Origin: Piromyces finnis finn
Lineage: Eukaryota > Fungi > Neocallimastigomycota
Assembly: GCA_002104945.1 (NCBI GenBank)
Contig: MCFH01000016.1
Coordinates: 806,001 to 870,000, forward strand
Direction of reading: 5' to 3'
DNA: 64,000 nt
In this document: positions 40,301 to 51,669 of the stretch, in pieces
Position numbering within the stretch: position 1 is the first letter of the stretch
Layout: each line of letters begins with the position of its first letter
The notes under the pieces: generated by a model
What the model was told of the DNA's origin: nothing
Seen by the model: only the letters and a program-made list of their open reading frames with translations
Databases searched by the model: none
Translations under genes and position numbers: made by a program

Positions 40301-41893
40301 ACTGAGCTCGTCTGCAATTGAAAAAGCAGTTGAAGTAAACTCTTTGGAAAGTTCATCTGTAGAAACATTAGGATCGTTGAATTTTGCTGAAAGTATTTGG
40401 AATTTATTATGACTGAGAATAGATTCCTTTTCCTCAATACATTTTAATCTATTCCATTTCAGAATTTTCTTAGGAACATTAAAGTCATTAGAAAAATCTT
40501 CCATAGGAATAATTTTACCATTAATAAGAAGTGGCTTATGGTCTGATACTGGATAAAAATTATTTATAAATGATCCTGAGTGAATAAGATCTTTCATCTT
40601 CGAATTGATAAGAGCATGGTCAATGTCGGAAGATTGTTCACCTCGAGTCCAAGAGATAGTAGACCCTCTAAGCGGAAGAATTTCCCAATCTCCTAATCCA
40701 TTAATTGATAACCAGTTGGATAACTTAACTTTAGACATATTAAAATCACCAACAAGAATCGATGGATGGGATGAATGAGTTTGTAACCACAAGCGAACTT
40801 CTAACTTTGCATGATCAACATAGATGTTGTGATGACTATGAGGCATATAAACATTTCCAATCGAGCATTTGAATCTATTCCAAAGACTAAAAGTATAAAT
40901 AGAAATAATATACTTTCCAGAGAAGTTTTCAAGTGAGGCTTGACACGAATTGTGAAAACCTAAATATAAACCTCTCATTCCCGGAAATGATTCATCAGCT
41001 TTCTTGAAAAAGTGTCTATAGTTTCGCAAAGTAACACGACAAGGATAATCTGTATTCGATCCAGAACCATTACCAGTTTCTTGGAAACATAAAAATAATG
41101 GTTTGAAAATAGCTGTGAAATAGCTAATACTATCTCTCTTTTCGTGATTCCACCCATTGGTGTTCCAACTAAGACAAAAAGAAAAGTTATCAGGCTTGTT
41201 GGATGAGGAAGAATCGTTGCTATTATTATTATTATTAAAGTCATCGTTATTAATGGACGATGCATCAGAGGAATAAGTAGAACTATTACTAGATGGCTGT
41301 GAAACTGAAGAACTATCAACTATTGAACTGTTATCAGAGTTGATAGAACTATTAGAATTAATTGTTGAATGTTGAGATTGAAATTGTGTTTGCTGTAGAT
41401 CTGGAATATTTTCATGATGGGAAACTTGTTGAAGATCTTGTTGAAGATCTTGTTGAAGATCGGATTGTTGATGAGATTGTTGAACTGATTGTTGAAATGA
41501 TTGTTGAATAGAATGTTGATGTTTACTAGAAACTAAAATTTTACGTTTGAGTGTGGAAAAAGTGTATTTGTGATTCCTTCTACTACGAGCTGAAAAGGAA
41601 ATTGAGGTAACTGAAAGTTTCTTCTTTAATATGTGTAAGATTTTAATACAATCTTTCGATGAACCATGAACCTTGACTAAGAAAAAGTGATCATTGAAAG
41701 TCTGAAAATATTTAACACTAATAACTGAATTAAATTTATCTTCTAGAATAACCTCGAGTTTTTCCCATAGCATATTTACTGACCATGATCGAATACCACG
41801 GATAAAGAAGGAGCGAATATCATCTAAGGGGATACCATAAGACCGTGTACCACGTCTGATATAATTCTTATCTTTAATATAAAGGACTGACAT
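37370..41893 (-). CDS. LINE polyprotein: N-terminal extension, apurinic-like endonuclease, reverse transcriptase, C-terminal CCHC motif
   Basis: 1507 aa, uninterrupted. EN motifs SWNTNG, CFQET, VGDFN, SDIDH, SDHKP; RT motifs NYRGISL, QFGFR, FLDLRKAYDSV, GVRQGCPLSPILFNLFI, LFADD, YLGV; C-terminal CPCCKCGVQSIKHWLLDC. Confidence 0.95.
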   Translation of the reverse strand: MSVLYIKDKNYIRRGTRSYGIPLDDIRSFFIRGIRSWSVNMLWEKLEVILEDKFNSVISVKYFQTFNDHFFLVKVHGSSKDCIKILHILKKKLSVTSISFSARSRRNHKYTFSTLKRKILVSSKHQHSIQQSFQQSVQQSHQQSDLQQDLQQDLQQVSHHENIPDLQQTQFQSQHSTINSNSSINSDNSSIVDSSSVSQPSSNSSTYSSDASSINNDDFNNNNNSNDSSSSNKPDNFSFCLSWNTNGWNHEKRDSISYFTAIFKPLFLCFQETGNGSGSNTDYPCRVTLRNYRHFFKKADESFPGMRGLYLGFHNSCQASLENFSGKYIISIYTFSLWNRFKCSIGNVYMPHSHHNIYVDHAKLEVRLWLQTHSSHPSILVGDFNMSKVKLSNWLSINGLGDWEILPLRGSTISWTRGEQSSDIDHALINSKMKDLIHSGSFINNFYPVSDHKPLLINGKIIPMEDFSNDFNVPKKILKWNRLKCIEEKESILSHNKFQILSAKFNDPNVSTDELSKEFTSTAFSIADELSITSANNVIKSSFHISQQIFNLQKIKMKLYKRFKKERIYDIDEFIKRIKIYRKLIDYIHKRCNEFRKQEYLHWIKTGCEYMKSHNPKKAWKWIKKTAKIGKDSFFIAQPIKNKNGELVVATEEQLDVWHDHFEKLASDPSGVSLDLEHWYEEPMNKRFSLPMLDEWDINQDISIDEVKSAILSTPNYKASGPDGIPIEFYKALIPSSNDSNNATGNNSSGNTTSDNDAHGLNFILKLFNRIWDGDFPSSWNESSIVSIPKKGDLTDCDNYRGISLINNGIKLISKIVTTRISEYGLKNNFIRPEQFGFRKKEENISLFISIQEICRRRQLDNKETYLAFLDLRKAYDSVPIGNILHKLDCLGIRGKSLQFIKNLYLTSKANVKLDGKFSKSFDVKKGVRQGCPLSPILFNLFINDIFKECEDLGVSLGDTRCCGGLFADDIVICAPTRGYLKKMLRRVNEWALYNEMEFGIQKCSTMVIRPESIENQNKRDPTFYLAGQPIPTTDCYTYLGVPFDKNLSLKPVIKALNNKVLKGLFSVSKFLRNPNIPIPFKKLVLNSQVISRVSYFAPLLGSNKARSRIAQKHVNKGIRWIAGVHKAVSFISLYSISKDLNIPPLSAKCALAQVRCFNKWKNSNCIISHLVNYIPKFRKYTWCKSSRTLDKKLKKHGDIKAIKNFYWKDLKGNSIKAQYYDDNKFIETKDFIKLCYEYPEFAYGFYWLLKARSGYKLDARVAKAAKFVDPVCPNYCPCCKCGVQSIKHWLLDCPTFRDIRIKHYDSIVQLLNFFSQRNSNSPINDNEIDNISRDSNNINSNSNNSSNNNSNSNNSNSNNSNNNNNRNNNISNDSNSEDNNSNLDSNLVNDSNSSNNPVNINVYDYSSVCSKIFKFLLGGRSFNNINYNSREWKELCKRQIQSGTNEGTPFLTVTAELLTKIMPFAIGQQWTMFKRFEATSKSVNAEETVRQARRASATNGDHNFVP

Positions 41894-42490
41894 GATAATA
41901 AATTCTAATTAAAAAATATTGAATATAAAATAAATACTAATAAAAAATATAAATATAACGTATATGGAAAAAAATCTGTCTCTCTCTCTCTTCTTAAAAG
42001 TACTAGATAGTACAAAAATTGTTACGATGCTTTGTTTAAAGTTTCTTTTTTTGAATTCTAGTTGTTAATTTTTTTTAAAAATTCTAGTTTTGGTTTGTTG
42101 TTAGTAAATTCAATTCGCTTTTTGACACTAAACTTGTTTGACTTTACTTTTCATTAAATATTTAAATTGGTAAAAAAATTTGAATCAAGAATGTCAACAC
42201 CAGAAAGCTTGTGAATAGTATTTTTACATGATGTAGAGTGAATCAGTCTCTTACAAGAACAATACAACAATAGCTACATGAATATAAAAATACAATGCAA
42301 ATGCTAAAGTTGACTACATTGGATTCTTACAAGAGAAGAGTAGTACTACATGAATACATGAATAAAAGAAAAAATACAGCAACAAAATGTATTACTCTTC
42401 TAATTAAATACTATACAAACTTACCTGAATATCAAACATTCAACTTATTCATCAAATACTTAAATTCGATGAATAAAATGTTTTTTAATC

Positions 42491-42659
42491 GCTCAGTACC
42501 ATGAGCTTAGTCCTAATAATTTTCCCTTAAAGACTAACCAAGCATCCATTGCGCAATGCTTGGATTTAATTCTTTCTACTCTCTCAGTACCATGAGCATG
42601 AGTAGACCCCCTTGAGAAACTACATTTATTAAATAAATGAAGGCACGTTTCCAAGAGGG
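42491..42659 (-). other. Array of five stem-loops at the 5' terminus of the LINE
   Basis: Inverted repeats at 42607-42659, 42575-42606, 42538-42563, 42507-42537 and 42491-42506. CTCAGTACCATGAGC occurs at both 42492-42506 and 42583-42597. Confidence 0.75.
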
Positions 42660-42672
42660 AAATTGAGCTTTT
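42660..42672. repeat. Target-site duplication, right copy (AAATTGAGCTTTT)
   Basis: Identical to 37089-37101. Confidence 0.9.
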
Positions 42673-45600
42673 ATCTTTTTGAAATACTTTTTTTTTTTTC
42701 TTTTATCATTATTCTACTGAAAAGATGTTACTTTTATTACAATTTATTTAAAAACATCAATAAATTGACTAGACATTAAATAATATTATTAATAATATTA
42801 TCTGTGTTATGCCTTATTCACTGGTTCAAGGTGTCGAAATAAAATTAATAAATAATAAAATATACCCGAAATTATAGATAGAAACTTTGACTATTTATGA
42901 ATTCAACTTAGAATGTAAAATTCAAAATGCATAATATAAATATTATGAATTAACAATTATAACTTTACAAATATTCCATAAATTAATTATTATTTTCATT
43001 TTCTCTTCTACCTATATAACTATTTAATTTCAAAGTTTTGAAATTTATAAACTAAATTAAAATAATAATAAAAGTCCAAAAAATTAAATATTATTTGATA
43101 AAAAAAAAAAAGACTAATATTAATGGTTATAAAATTAGATATTCAAATTCAAAGCATTATTCATTAATAATAATAATTTTATTTTTAATATATTTATAAA
43201 AACCGAACATTTCTATTATTAAAGTATTGCTTTAAAAATAATACTATAGGAACTATATATAAATAATATTTTAAGAAATTCTAAGTTAGTATTAGTTTAA
43301 TTATTATTATAAAAAAAAGGTCAAATTTATTCCTTTTAAATAATAATTAAATGAACTTTTTATATAATAACTAAAAAATTATTACTATCCAGAGTATTTA
43401 CCATATTTTTTCAAATAATAATAATAAGAAGAAGAAAATAAATAAATAAAAAGATTTAGATTATAATTTAATAATTTGTCAATATTTATTTCTAAAAATG
43501 AAATATTCACATTGATAAACATTATTATTTTAATATAAAATACCCAATTTATCATTTTCTAATAAACAACTTTTATTTCCAATAGTTAGAGTATGGAACA
43601 TGGGTAAAGTGGAACATGAGTATGGAACATTGAAAACAATATTAATAATATTTTTAATAAAAATAATAAAAAAAAAAAAAGGATGAGATTAAAATAATAA
43701 ATAAAGGTAAATAAATAATTGTCAATTTTATTTAGAGTTAATATGAAATAACATTCTTATTAAATAATTAAATATTCTTAATCCAAGAAGTATTTTAAGT
43801 GAAACATAATAGATTGTGTATATACTAAAATATATAAAAAAAAAAAAAAAAAACTTTTATTTATTCATATACATATGTTTAATAACATTAATATAAATAA
43901 AAAAGTTTAAATAAGTTTTATATATAATTTCAATATAATTTAAAGTATTTTATAAAGATTTTACTTATTTAAAAGTCTATTTAAGGAGAATGACATTCAA
44001 AAAGGAATACGTTTATTCATCCTACTGTAATAATGTTTATCTTCATTAATGAATAATAAAAAAAGTATTACTAGTTCAATAATTTTGTTTCTAATTTAAA
44101 AAAAAACATTGTAATTTTAATAATTAATTGAGTTTATTATATTTTAAAATCAAAACAATAAGTTTGATAATATTCAATAAAGGTTTCTTTTCCATAAAAA
44201 GTCAACAACAACAATATACTTTGAATGATTCACAAAAATTGAAAAAAAAAAAAAAAAAAGAATAATATAAATAAACAAAAAACCTTTAATAGAAATTTAC
44301 ATTCTTTATTAAATTTTTTTGTGTTTATTATTTTCTCCCATTTGTCTTCCATTATCATTATTAAAGAATATATATATTAGTAATAATAAATGAAATTTTA
44401 TAATTTAATTTATATTTGTCAAGAATAATAAAAAATATTTAATAAATTCAATCTTTAATTTTATTTTTTATTTAATTCCTTTTTTTTTAAAAAAAGCCTC
44501 CTTTTTTAATTTTTATTAGATTTTTATAATTATTTAAATTTAAAAAAATAGAAATTGTTATGTAGTACAAATTAATTAAGAATGATTTTCTAAAAAAAGA
44601 AAAAGAATATAATTTTTAGCATTATGCCACACCTTATAAATTATAGTTTATTTTGTTATGTTGTATAACAACAAAGTTAAAATAATAGAAAAGTTTAAAA
44701 AGAAATATACATTTTTTTAATTTATTTTATTTTCTCCATTTTATATAGTGTATTGTTTAAATCATATTTTATTATTTTGATTTTGAATAGATTAAACCTT
44801 ATTTATATAACTTTTGAAAAGAAAGAAAAAAAATTGATTTTCATTCTATGAAAAATTTTAGGTAAATCAATATAAGAAATAATAAATTGCCCGATTTATT
44901 AGATATAAATTAAAAAAAAAAAAAGATGTATATCTACACAGAAATGAATAGAAATATAGGAAAAGAAATGATTATATATAATGTGTATATATAGCATTTA
45001 ATAATACATTAATTTCAATTTTTATGTAAATATAATTTATTGATTATCAATAGAATTAAAATTTTAAAAACGATATTATATAATAATAATAATCTTATTG
45101 TACAATTAATATATTATATACATTATATATATATAATAGAATAATCTCCATTACATTATAGTATAATAATTTAATGTATCTATCTTTTTTTGTAGACCTA
45201 TAAAAGAAAAAAGACAGCTTATTCAATATGAAAGTAATAATACATCAATATATATTTTTCATCATTTAATTTATACAATCTGTGTAATTAAATTTATTAA
45301 CATAATGAATTTTTGTGTTTATTTTAGTTATACAACATTACTATGGTAAATTTTTACTAACAATATGAAGGATAGAATAAAATTTTTATATTGTTTCTCA
45401 TTTAATTAAATATTTTTTATATACATAATTATAATTTCTTTAATTAACAATAAAAAAATTTAAAATGAAATTCTAGATTCCTTTTTTTTTTTTAATATAA
45501 ATTTATAATTTCTTATCACTATTTCTGGTCAATTTCTTTTTAAAATATTTTGGGGTAGAACAAAAAGTTCTAGATCTTCTTTTTTAACTAGTTTATTGAA

Positions 45601-48600
45601 TTGTTATTTGAAAGTGTCTGATCATTTTAATTCAATGAAATTAAAAATAAAGTTTTATTAAAAAAAACTTTAATGAATATTACTAAATATTCTATAAAAT
45701 TTTATAGAGTTTTTACTATATTATCATCAAAAATGTTATATAAAATACTTGTTTATATAGGAATTATTTGGATAGTTAATAGTTTCTTTTAATAAATTAC
45801 TACTATGCTATTTATAATAATGATGTTTTTTTTTTCATATTTTTTTGACAACATAAGGTATACTCTAATTTTTTGATTGACTTGGCACATTTTATAATTT
45901 TAATTATTCTAGGTGGCTTTTTATTGCAAAGGCGTTTTTTTTAATGCCTTTTTAATTAATATAATATTAAGTTTGGATCTCATTAATTTTTCATTTCCCA
46001 TTTTATAATAATTAAACTTTTTTTAATCATTTCAATAGTTTTATTAATTCTTTTAATTTTTTAATGAAATAAATCTTAATAAATAAATGTTTACATTTTT
46101 TATATAGATTAAAAATGTGACTCTTTTATAAGAATAAATTAATTATTAAAATTATAAATGAAATAAATGAATTTATATATATATAAAAACAGTTATAATA
46201 GAAATAATTATTTTTAATATATATTAGTAGTATATTCCATGTATTGATTAATATAATTTTATTATTAAATAGTATAAAGATTTGATTTTCATTCATTCTA
46301 CCTTTTAATAAATAAAAATAAAATTAAAAAAAAAAAAAGCCAGATGATATTTTTAGTGAAGCATTATTTTAATCCTTCACTAAAAATATATTATGAATAT
46401 ATTGTTACATTGTTCATTTTTCATATGTTAAAAAATAAAATTCTTTAGACCATTCTTCTATTATTATTCTATCCTTTTATAAATTTTTAATATTAATTTC
46501 ATTTTTAATTATTAAAGAGAAAATAAAACTCAACCATAAAATAGTAGTATTTAATTAAAATATAAATTATACTGACCGCTTTCTTAATTCTATTAGAATA
46601 ATATATAATTTATATCTGTTTTTTTTTTTTTACATTAAAATTCAATTGCTTTAATGGCTTATATACCTTATAAAAATTGTAATCGAGTTTACTTTTTTTA
46701 AAATATATATAATATTTTAAAAAGTTCATAAGAATGAAATACTTTAATTCAACCTAGTTATTAATAAAGTAAAAAAAAATCATCTATAATTAATATTTTT
46801 ATTGTTGATGATGGTATTGATATTGTTGTTGATATTTTTTTTTTTTAACTGTTAAAGTATAACCTTACTTTTCTCTTTGTTAAATAATTAATTCCCATTT
46901 AACCGTCTTAATTAAAATATTAATTAATTCTTCCTCAAATTTAATTTAGTAAGTAAAAATTGACAAATATTAATTTGGTAACAAAAATTAAATGATAATA
47001 AAATGAAATAATTAAATAAATATTATAATGTTACACGAATTAAATGAGTTTTATTACTAATTTTTATTTATTTGATTTTGTTTTTTTATTTATTTATTTA
47101 TTTATTTTTTCTTATGCCTTTTATAAATATATACTGTATACTACTTTAAAATAATACTATAAAATTTACTTTTTCAGATATTATATTTTTGATATACAAA
47201 AGTTTTAATTAAACAAATACTACTTTTTTTAAACATCTTCAATTATCATTTTAGATATAATATATATATATATACATTTTTTTACCAACGCAACTTTTTT
47301 TTAACTATTAAAACCATTAATTAATATAATTATTTATTAAAAAAGTAATGAAATAATTAAACTTTTATAATTTTTATTATTAAATTTGTGATTTATGTTT
47401 CAGAAATAAATTAAAAAAAAACTTTAATTCTATGGTTAAAAAAAAAAAAAAAAAAGCTTTTTTAAAATCAAGAGAAAAATCTATTATATTAATTTAGCTA
47501 TATTAAGATTTTAATAATAATGTAAAAAAAAAAGTTTATTAAACAATGTATAAAATTATAACTTTTTATGTCTCAAATAATTATGTCATTTAAATATATT
47601 AAATATTAATATATACATTATAAATAGTATAATAAATTTAAATGTTTAATGGCAAATCATTTATCTTGATAAGATCTTGTTAAAATTTTGTTTTTCGGGT
47701 AGAAATATGAGTAATAATGAAAAATAAAACAATTTTTATTTAATACTTTGATGATGGTCGATAGAATAAAAATAATTCAAATAATATTATAATTTTATTC
47801 AATGTATGAATAATAATTAAGGATATTAATAAATTACAAATTATAAAATAGTCAAAAGCCATATTTCATCGAATGATAATTTTTAATTATAGATGATAGA
47901 ATAAGGATTCCTTTTTCCTTCTTCTATTATAATGTAATAGAAAAGGAAAAATAATACCTTTTTTTTTTGTTATATGATTTAAATATGATTTATAAGATTG
48001 TCTTTATTTTCAATTTCAATTCAATTAAACCAATCTAATTAACATAAAAAAAAATAATAAATAAACCAAAATTTTACCCATATTTTTATTTAAAAAGAAA
48101 AAAATCATCCAATTGTTTAAGAAAAAATAAACTATTATCTATAGAATTAATAAAATTTTAATTATTAAAATTATTAGTATTTAAATTTATGTAGAACCAG
48201 TCCTATTTTTTAATTTTGATTTTCATAAAAAAAATCCTATTAGTTTTAATTATTATTCATATAATCCTATTATAACAATATAAAAAAATAATTACTAATA
48301 AAAAAATACTAAAAAAGGAAAAAAAATTATAAATAATAAATAATATTATAATCTTTACTTTTTTATTTAATATTTAATAAATGGTAGTTTAACAGAAATT
48401 TTAATGATATAGAATTATAAAATGATTATATTAGTATCCAAGTCCAAAGTTAAAAAGTATATTCATAATAATACCAAACATATTAATAATAACTATAGTA
48501 TTTACAAATTATAAAAGTTTAAAAAAAATAATAAATATAAAAAGGAAATTTAAATAAGTTGTAATAAAAAAAATAAAATGTATGTTATGGGGTTTCCATT

Positions 48601-50001
48601 TTAAATAATACCATAAATAAATATTGTTACCCTTTTTTATTATAAAAAAATAAATATAATAGAATAAAATTTAAATTTAATTAATAAACAGTATAGAAAA
48701 TTAATTATTAGAGTTTATTACTAAAGAAATTATAATTACTAAGAAAATTATAAAAAAGTTTATTTAATATTATTTTTATAGAAATAATAAAATAATTATG
48801 AACTGTTTTTAATTTATTTATTTATGATAAACTTTATTTAATATAATAAATAATAAAATTATATTAAAAAAGGAATTTAAGGAAAAACCACAAAATTTTT
48901 TTAAAAAAAATTTTTAAGGGATAATAGTATAAATGTATTTTAATATATAAAATATATTATTGGATATTTATTAAAATATAGAAATAAAATGTATTGTTAA
49001 AATAAATTAAAAAAAAAAAAAGAAATTAATTTTTAATTTATTTTTTAAAAATGTATTGTTCAAATAAATTATTTTATATATTTTAAGGTTCTATATATAC
49101 AATCCTACTATAAAAGAATAAAATAAATATGATAATAGATGGTAATATATTATATTATTCTTATTTATTATACTTTTTGATATATTCATAACAATAATTA
49201 ATATATGAAAATAATACATTTTTTGATTTTTTTTTGTAAAGAATAAAATCTTAATAGTTAGGTGATACAATAATATTTTTTTTTAATTTATAATAAATAA
49301 AATATATTGTAATTTTTTATATTGAAATATATTGAAAGCATTTACAAAGTTTATAAAATAGAATTTTTTAAATTCATTATAAATTCATTCTTTAAAAAGT
49401 ATTATTTAATAAACTTTATTAGAATTATTTTTTATTATTCCATATTAAAAAAAATTAATAATTAGAAATAAACGATTTTTTAATATAAATACATTTTATT
49501 TCTTTTTTTTTTTTTTTTTTTTTAATTTTTTATTTTAACAAAGTAAAAGAATATTAAGAAATAAAGATATTATTTTTTTTTAAATAGTATAGAAATAAAA
49601 AAAAAAAAAGTATTATATAAAAAGTAATATAGACTATTAAATTATATAACTAGAAAAAGTGTTTTTTATTTCAAAATATTATATAAAAAAGAATAAGTTT
49701 ATAAATGTCCTATCATTTAAAAACTTTTTAATTTTAAAATTTTTTAAAATGCAAATGTAAAATGCAATTCTAAAAAAAAAAAAAATAAAAAGTAAAAAAA
49801 GAAAAAGAAAAACCAAAATAATTATTTAGAATTTTATTATTTATTTATTAAATCTAACTATTAATAAAATATTACAACAACCAAAAAAAAAAAAAAAAAA
49901 CTAAAAATAAAGTATTAAATACAGAACCTATTTATATTTCATAAAAATATTATAAATATTATATAGGTTTATTACTTTACATTTATTGTATATATAAGAG
50001 T

Positions 50002-51669
50002 ATGTCAAAAAATAACTTTCCTACTCAAGAAAAAATAAATACTATGAATATTAATAACAATCAAATGTATTCCTCAAATAAATTATCTGTTGTTCCTTCT
50101 TCCATACTTAGTACTAATATTATCTATACATCCTATCAAGACGTTGATTCTCAACCTTCGGTAATAGGTCAACAAGGACAAACCATTCAACAAAATCAAA
50201 TTCCCACCATCCAACAATATGCTCCAACTACTCAAAATCAATACGTAAGTTCCTTTCCTTCCCCAATGAATATAAATATAAAAAATGAAAATATAAATAA
50301 TACACAAAATCAAAATCAAGGTATTTTATATTCACCAGTATCTACTGCTTCTTCCTCATCTCCAACCGCCTCAAATTTCTTTAATGTGGAACCAAATAAT
50401 TTAAATTCTGGAATTAACGGAAATCCTACGACCATTCAAAATGAAGATAACAACAATAATAACAATAATAATGATAGTAATAAATCAATTCAAAATGAAA
50501 GAAAAATATCTCTTTCCATTGTTAATGAAAATTCTGAAAATACAAATACTATACAATATAATTCTTCAAATATAAATATGAATTTGAATGGGGAAAGAGA
50601 TAGTAATATGAATATAAATAATAATACTCTTTCTACATCCACTGCTGCTGCTTCAATGAATAATGGATCTTATGTCATGGAAACTCAACCTCAAAATACC
50701 TATTCTTCTAATTCATATTATTTAACTAATGGTTCAAATAATAATCAAATACCACCACCACCGCAACAACAACAGCAGCAACAACAACAACAAGTAACAC
50801 CACTTTCATTATCACAACAAAATATTTCTATGATTAATGGTAATACTTTAATACAACAATCTCAACAACAGCAACAACAACAACAACAATCTCAACTATC
50901 TTCACAAAATCATCAAAATAATCCTTTCTATATACAACAACAAAACATTCCTCAACAAAGCATTCCTCAACAAAACAATCAAAATATCCAAAGTATGCAA
51001 AATATGCAAAATATGCAAAATATGATGGTTGTTAATCCAAATCCTCAACAAATGAAATTACCTCAAGGTCAAATTTCAATTCTTCAAAATTCTACAACTT
51101 ATAATCAAGTATACTATTCAAATGGTCAACCTGTACCTCAGCCTATACCAAATCCAATTCAAAATCAATCTGTTCTTATCAATAACATAAATGAAAATAT
51201 TATTCGTGAACAACAAAAAATATCCATGGAATTAGCCATTAAACGTAAAAAGAATACTGAAGCCGCAAGAAGATCAAGAATGAGAAAAATGCTACGAATG
51301 GAAAATCTAGAAAAATATGTAAAACAATTAGAAAATGAAAACAGTACCTTGAATACAAGGATATCAATCTTAGAATCCGATAGGCCAAAATGGAATGAAA
51401 AAGAAAATAAATTAAGAGATAAAATAAAAGAATTAGAAAAAGAATTAACAGGTAAATATTTTTTATATAAGAAAGTAGTATTCTTGTATATAAATTTTTT
51501 TTCCGAAATGTAATTGACTGATTTAAAAATTTATATCTTTTTAAACATTATAGAACTTAAAGCCAAAAGAAAGTTAGAAAAAAATAAGTATGGTCAAAGC
51601 ATTCTTGAAAAAAAATTAAAAAGAAAGGAAGGAAAAGAGAATAATATTAGTAATGGAAAAGAGGAGTAA
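50002..51669 (+). CDS. GCN4/CpcA-like bZIP transcription factor, copy 1; 2 exons
   Basis: Basic region KRKKNTEAARRSRMRK (GCN4 has KRARNTEAARRSRARK), then a leucine zipper MENLEKYVKQLENENSTLNTRISILE, with a Q/N-rich N-terminal region. Intron about 51452-51553; stop TAA 51667-51669. Confidence 0.85.

Larger units (their letters stand above)
37102..42659 (-). mobile_element. Full-length APE-type non-LTR retrotransposon (LINE), about 5.56 kb, single ORF, poly(A) tail, 13-bp TSD
   Basis: An EN-RT ORF is flanked by identical AAATTGAGCTTTT at 37089-37101 and 42660-42672. T32 at 37098-37129 is the poly(A) of the minus strand, with AATAAA (37152-37157) about 22 nt before it. 5' UTR about 766 nt; 3' UTR about 240 nt. 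Confidence 0.92.

Noticed and set aside
42295-42504. 69-aa + strand ORF in the LINE 5' UTR as an ORF0-like antisense gene
   Set aside because: Short, built from degenerate TACATGAAT repeats and with no recognisable motif; not supportable without conservation data.
42491-42659. Hammerhead or HDV-like ribozyme at the LINE 5' end
   Set aside because: No CUGANGA/GAAA core in a three-way junction and no nested double pseudoknot found by eye. The structure is reported without a ribozyme label.
42821-42840. GGTTCAAG, B-box-like, near the LINE insertion (possible tRNA-targeted insertion)
   Set aside because: No cloverleaf, A-box or acceptor stem; no tRNA can be supported.
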